A program made the translations under genes and the position numbers. The notes beneath the pieces are model-generated. The model was given only the letters and a program-made list of their open reading frames with translations. It was not told the DNA's origin and ran no database searches. A DNA stretch of 64,000 bases from Mayamaea pseudoterrestris (taxonomy: Eukaryota): assembly GCA_027923505.1 (NCBI GenBank), contig BROI01000031.1, forward strand, positions 124,001-188,000. The letters are read 5' to 3'. Positions 60,027-64,000 of this stretch are shown here, piece after piece (position 1 is the first letter of the stretch; each line of letters begins with the position of its first letter).

Positions 60027-62363
60027 ATGCTGCGCCATTGCAGTCGTCGCATGTCCAGTCGCCTCCTGCTTCCTCGCTTGCTGACACGCTTCCACCAGTC
60101 GTCCGCAGCATCAACTGCACTAGACACATCATCAAACACAGTAAACAACAACAATCAACCCCCATTCGACTGCATTCTCATTGCGAATCGCGGCGAGATT
60201 GTCCAGCGCGTCATTCGCTCCTGCGACAGCCTTGGCGTTGACACGGTGGCCGTCTACAGCACGGCCGACGCGCAAGCCCCCTACGTCAACATGGCAACTA
60301 ACAGCGTTTGCATTGGAGCGCCACCGGCGAGTGAAAGCTATCTAATGACGGAAACCATACTGCAAGCGGCGCGTGATACTGGCGCGCAGGCCATTCATCC
60401 GGGCTTTGGGTTTTTGTCGGAGAATGCAACGTTTGCGCAGGACGTGATCGACGCCAATTTAGTGTGGCTGGGGCCAAGCCCCCGCGCCGTGGAACTAATG
60501 GGCGACAAGCTAACATCCAAGAAATTAGCACTGGAAGCGGGCGTGAACTGCATTCCGGGTCATGGTGATCCCATTCAGTCGCTCGAGCAAGCTCTTAGTA
60601 TCATAAACGACGCCAGCAACGACTTGCACTATCCGGTGCTGTTAAAGGCGGCGGCCGGCGGCGGCGGCAAGGGCATGCGCACCTGCTACAACGATCAAGA
60701 GCTCAGGGAAGCCTATGGAATTGCAAAGGCGGAGAGTCTGCAATTCTTCAAGGATGATCGGTTGCTGCTCGAGCAGTATGTGGAAGGTATGTGTAAGAAT
60801 GTGAATGTGAAGGTGAATGTATTGCGAGCGAGCAAGCGAGACGTATCAATGACTTGCTCATTCCTCTTTCATTCCATTCCATTCTATTTTATACACATAG
60901 AACCACATCACATTGAGTTTCAAGTACTCTGCAGCGAAAACGACTTTTGCATATTTCCGGAGCGCGAGTGCAGCATTCAGCGGCGCAACCAAAAGGTGAT
61001 TGAGGAAAGTCCCAGCGTCTTTTTGCAGCCATCGACGCGCGCCGCCATGGCAGTTCAAGTGGAGCAGCTGTGCCGCAACGTGAGCTATACGAGTGCTGGA
61101 ACGGTGGAATTTTTGGTGGACAAGCATCAGCAGTTTTACTTTTTGGAAATGAATACGCGACTGCAAGTGGAGCATCCTGTGAGTGAAGCCATTACCGGAG
61201 TCGACTTGGTCAAGGGAATGCTGTGGGTGGGAGCTGGATGGGGCGTGCCGGAGGAATTCAAGAGACTAAAGGAGATTCAGCTGGCGCGGGGCGAACCAGT
61301 GCTTCCGCATTCGGGTCATGCGATTGAGGCTCGCATTTACGCCGAGGATCCATTGCGAGGGTTTCTTCCATCGACGGGCCCGCTATCCATGTACAGTGAG
61401 CCAAGTACGATGCGGAACACTGCTGAATCATACGTTCGCGTCGATACAGGAGTGATTGCTGGTCAAAACATTAGTCCTTTCTACGATCCCATGTTGAGCA
61501 AAGTGGTTTACAAGGCACCGACGCGCAAGGAAGCCATTGCTGGCTTGTGCCAGGCGTTGGATGAGTATGTGATTCAAGGCGTTCAGCATAATACAAAGTT
61601 GGTGCAGAGTGTTTTGCGTCATCCAGTCTTTCAACAAGGAATCACGCCAACATCCTTTTTGCCGACGCACTATCCGGATGGTTTTCATGGCGTCGAGCTA
61701 AACAAGGATGAGCAACTGGAATATGTGGCTGCCGTCGCTGTCATTGAAAAAATGCGGCGCAAGATGATGCAGCGACCGCCGTTGGCTGGCGCGAATGATG
61801 CGACTACAGTCATTGTCAAAATTGGAGGGTTGTTTGGAACGCCATTTCGCGTCGAACTGAGTGAGTCAAACGCCATTGTCACTCCGTTGAGCGACGAAGG
61901 ACAAGCAACTTCGACGACTGTGCGCCTCGACAGCCGCTTTCCTTCCTACTGCGAGACAGAGAAACACTTGGCGCATGTATCAATCAATGGCAAGAACCGA
62001 ACGGCACAAGTGTTGGGCGAGGATGCTACAGGCGAAATGTACATACAAATGTTTGGAGCCGACAAAAATGTCTTGGTACAAAGCGTTCGAGAGCACGAAC
62101 TGTCGCAGCACATGCATGTCCCGGTGGCGCTTGATACATCAGATCTCATTATGAGCCCAATGCCTGGAACATTAATCAGTTACGCAGTTCAAGCTGGCGA
62201 TCACGTTGAGGCTGGCCAGGAGCTCTGCATAGTGGAAGCCATGAAGATGCAAAACATCATTCGCAGTCCCAAGACGGGAAAGATTGCCTTGTGCAAAGCG
62301 GATGTTGGTTCCTCGTTGAAACGCGACGAGGTTATTCTGGAATTTGACAAAGAAGTAAAGTAG
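60027..62363 (+). CDS. PCCA: Propionyl-CoA carboxylase alpha subunit, mitochondrial (exons 60027-60786, 60901-62363)
   Basis: Transit peptide. Biotin carboxylase motifs 'LIANRGEI', 'IHPGFGFLSEN', 'AAAGGGGKGMR', 'ERECSIQRRNQKVIEE', 'FLEMNTRLQVEHP'. Biotinyl domain 'SPMPG...EAMKMQN'. RRNQKV and AMKMQN favour PCC over MCC. Confidence 0.85.
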   Translation: MLRHCSRRMSSRLLLPRLLTRFHQSSAASTALDTSSNTVNNNNQPPFDCILIANRGEIVQRVIRSCDSLGVDTVAVYSTADAQAPYVNMATNSVCIGAPPASESYLMTETILQAARDTGAQAIHPGFGFLSENATFAQDVIDANLVWLGPSPRAVELMGDKLTSKKLALEAGVNCIPGHGDPIQSLEQALSIINDASNDLHYPVLLKAAAGGGGKGMRTCYNDQELREAYGIAKAESLQFFKDDRLLLEQYVEGMCKNVNVKVNVLRASKRDVSMTCSFLFHSIPFYFIHIEPHHIEFQVLCSENDFCIFPERECSIQRRNQKVIEESPSVFLQPSTRAAMAVQVEQLCRNVSYTSAGTVEFLVDKHQQFYFLEMNTRLQVEHPVSEAITGVDLVKGMLWVGAGWGVPEEFKRLKEIQLARGEPVLPHSGHAIEARIYAEDPLRGFLPSTGPLSMYSEPSTMRNTAESYVRVDTGVIAGQNISPFYDPMLSKVVYKAPTRKEAIAGLCQALDEYVIQGVQHNTKLVQSVLRHPVFQQGITPTSFLPTHYPDGFHGVELNKDEQLEYVAAVAVIEKMRRKMMQRPPLAGANDATTVIVKIGGLFGTPFRVELSESNAIVTPLSDEGQATSTTVRLDSRFPSYCETEKHLAHVSINGKNRTAQVLGEDATGEMYIQMFGADKNVLVQSVREHELSQHMHVPVALDTSDLIMSPMPGTLISYAVQAGDHVEAGQELCIVEAMKMQNIIRSPKTGKIALCKADVGSSLKRDEVILEFDKEVK

Positions 62364-62617
62364 GTATGTAACAAGACGATAGACATGATGCACTGTAGAT
62401 CTTAAAGTTATGTAGCTTTGAAGTCGGCGGATACCCTCCTTCCGTCGCAGCAGCTTTCGCACAGCTCGCTCGCCCACGATCCAAAGTCAGTCGTCGCCAA
62501 TCTCCCACGGTCCACCGGCGTGGATGACGAAGTAAACAACAACACTCTCATTGCGCATACGACGTTCATATATTTTAATAGCATATATTGCGTATACAGC
62601 GTTGGGAATCCAGAAAA

Positions 62618-63363
62618 TGGTCAACCAGATATTTAATATGGAAGCAAGTTTGGAGGCACTCTTGCATTCAGTTTTCATTCGAATTAAACACGAATCATTC
62701 GCCTCCCACGCTGTGAAGATGGTCCTCTACTTTACAAACTTTCCCATCGCTGTCTATGGTTTATTCGCATTCGACCTATTTGCTTGGTTTCACCACAGCC
62801 GCTGCTTTCGTCGCATGAAACGCAATTTGCGCAATTACCTTCTACGCCGAAACGGTCTCATCGCAGAAAGCGAGCCGCACCAAAGCCCAATGTGCCACGA
62901 CGCAATCAACATTTTACAACAAGTTTACACCACTTGGCTTTGCTGCAACCGTGTGCTGCAGACAGGAGGCGTTTCTCATTCTATTCTGAGCTACTGTGAC
63001 TTACGGGATGGTGTTCTGCACCGTTTGAATGCACTTGATTATGACTGGGAGCTCGATGATCCTCCATTCCCTGAGAGCCGACTTCAGGAAATGGTATACT
63101 ATATGTCGCGCTACCTTGGCGACAAGGAACTTTACCAAAGAGCCCTTGGCATCTTGATCAAAGATGCGTTGACATTGAGCACAAGCAGTCGTTTATGTGC
63201 CTTCTTTGACGCGACCATTGATGTGATCATGACCGGGAGCCTGTTACACCGAGACAAAGATACGCGTGCCGCTGTTCTATTCTTCCTGTCGGTTAGTTCG
63301 CTGGTTCTGGATTTGGACGTGCACGTTGATACTGCCAATAGACATTCAACAATCAGCGTCTAG
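62618..63363 (+). CDS. Hypothetical protein (start uncertain)
   Basis: Open frame of ~250 codons with hydrophobic stretches and no recognisable motif. It may continue into 63409..63618. Confidence 0.35.
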
Positions 63364-64000
63364 TTTACGACTGTCGTTGATCGGATACTTACACTTCGTG
63401 GTGACGATGTGCTCATCGATGATGCACCACCTTCACGCAATTTCACTTTAGTTGAAGTGTTAGGAGTGACGGATGTACAAGCCCGGGAAGACATTATGGA
63501 AATATATCTTCAGACATTCGTGATCCGTCTTATGCTTTCCAATTTGCAGGAGCGGCGAATGCGTAACGACGTCATTGATAGACTTTCCGCCATCACGTTC
63601 ACCTTAACACTTGAGTGAGCATTATATAATGTTATAGTGTGGTCGGACAATACAGTGGTTTTTTACATTATTTTAGCTAACTGTAAACATGTTTACAAAT
63701 CAGTGCCCTATCGTTAATTATGCAAGTGTTTTCAATAACGCTTTGTAATTGAGAAACGGATCGCCGAAAAACGTCCACGACCGGCGAACGAAACAGTCGT
63801 CGAACCTTACTATGAACACCATTCTCTGGGGTCAAATGGCAATTCTTGCATTGTGTGTGTCATAGACGGTTTTCACCGACAAGCTGGAAATGCTCTCTTT
63901 ATTTGGCGTGAGACGAATGACCTGGATGAAGTACACGACTGGGTGTGACCGATCCAGCGTGAGCTCATGCTCCTCTTTCAGCCATCCACTCGGCTCCTGG

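Overview
Eukaryotic nuclear DNA, most likely from a raphid pennate diatom (18S V4 signature, bipartite plastid-targeting 'LA-FAP' presequence, short GT-AG introns). The window is dominated by one very large, diverged inverted duplication. The left arm (1..~23482, running off the window edge) mirrors the right arm (~32886..56504), and a ~9.4 kb spacer of decayed transposons lies between them. From the outside in, each arm carries: a secreted G8-domain protein, VTC4-type polyphosphate polymerase, a MYND zinc-finger protein, a myotubularin, a small NDUFB8-like complex I subunit, a plastid-targeted Clp/Hsp100 ATPase, and one non-tandem rDNA unit (18S-ITS1-5.8S-ITS2-28S). The two rDNA units are transcribed convergently toward the spacer. 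The rRNAs are almost identical between arms. ITS, introns and intergenic DNA are clearly diverged apart from a few patches of perfect identity, and the right Clp copy has a premature stop. The simplest reading is two homologous or homeologous chromosome ends joined tail-to-tail, either by the assembler or by a real fusion. The spacer holds CpG-decayed RNase H-bearing LINE remnants, a 288-bp solo LTR with a 5-bp TSD, and small repeats. Beyond the visible mirror lie the rest of the G8 gene, propionyl-CoA carboxylase alpha and an unknown ORF. The best novelty candidates are the Clp ATPase with an STI1-like insert where the ClpP-docking loop normally sits, and the inverted rDNA-bearing architecture itself. 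All calls come from reading the sequence; no database searches were run.
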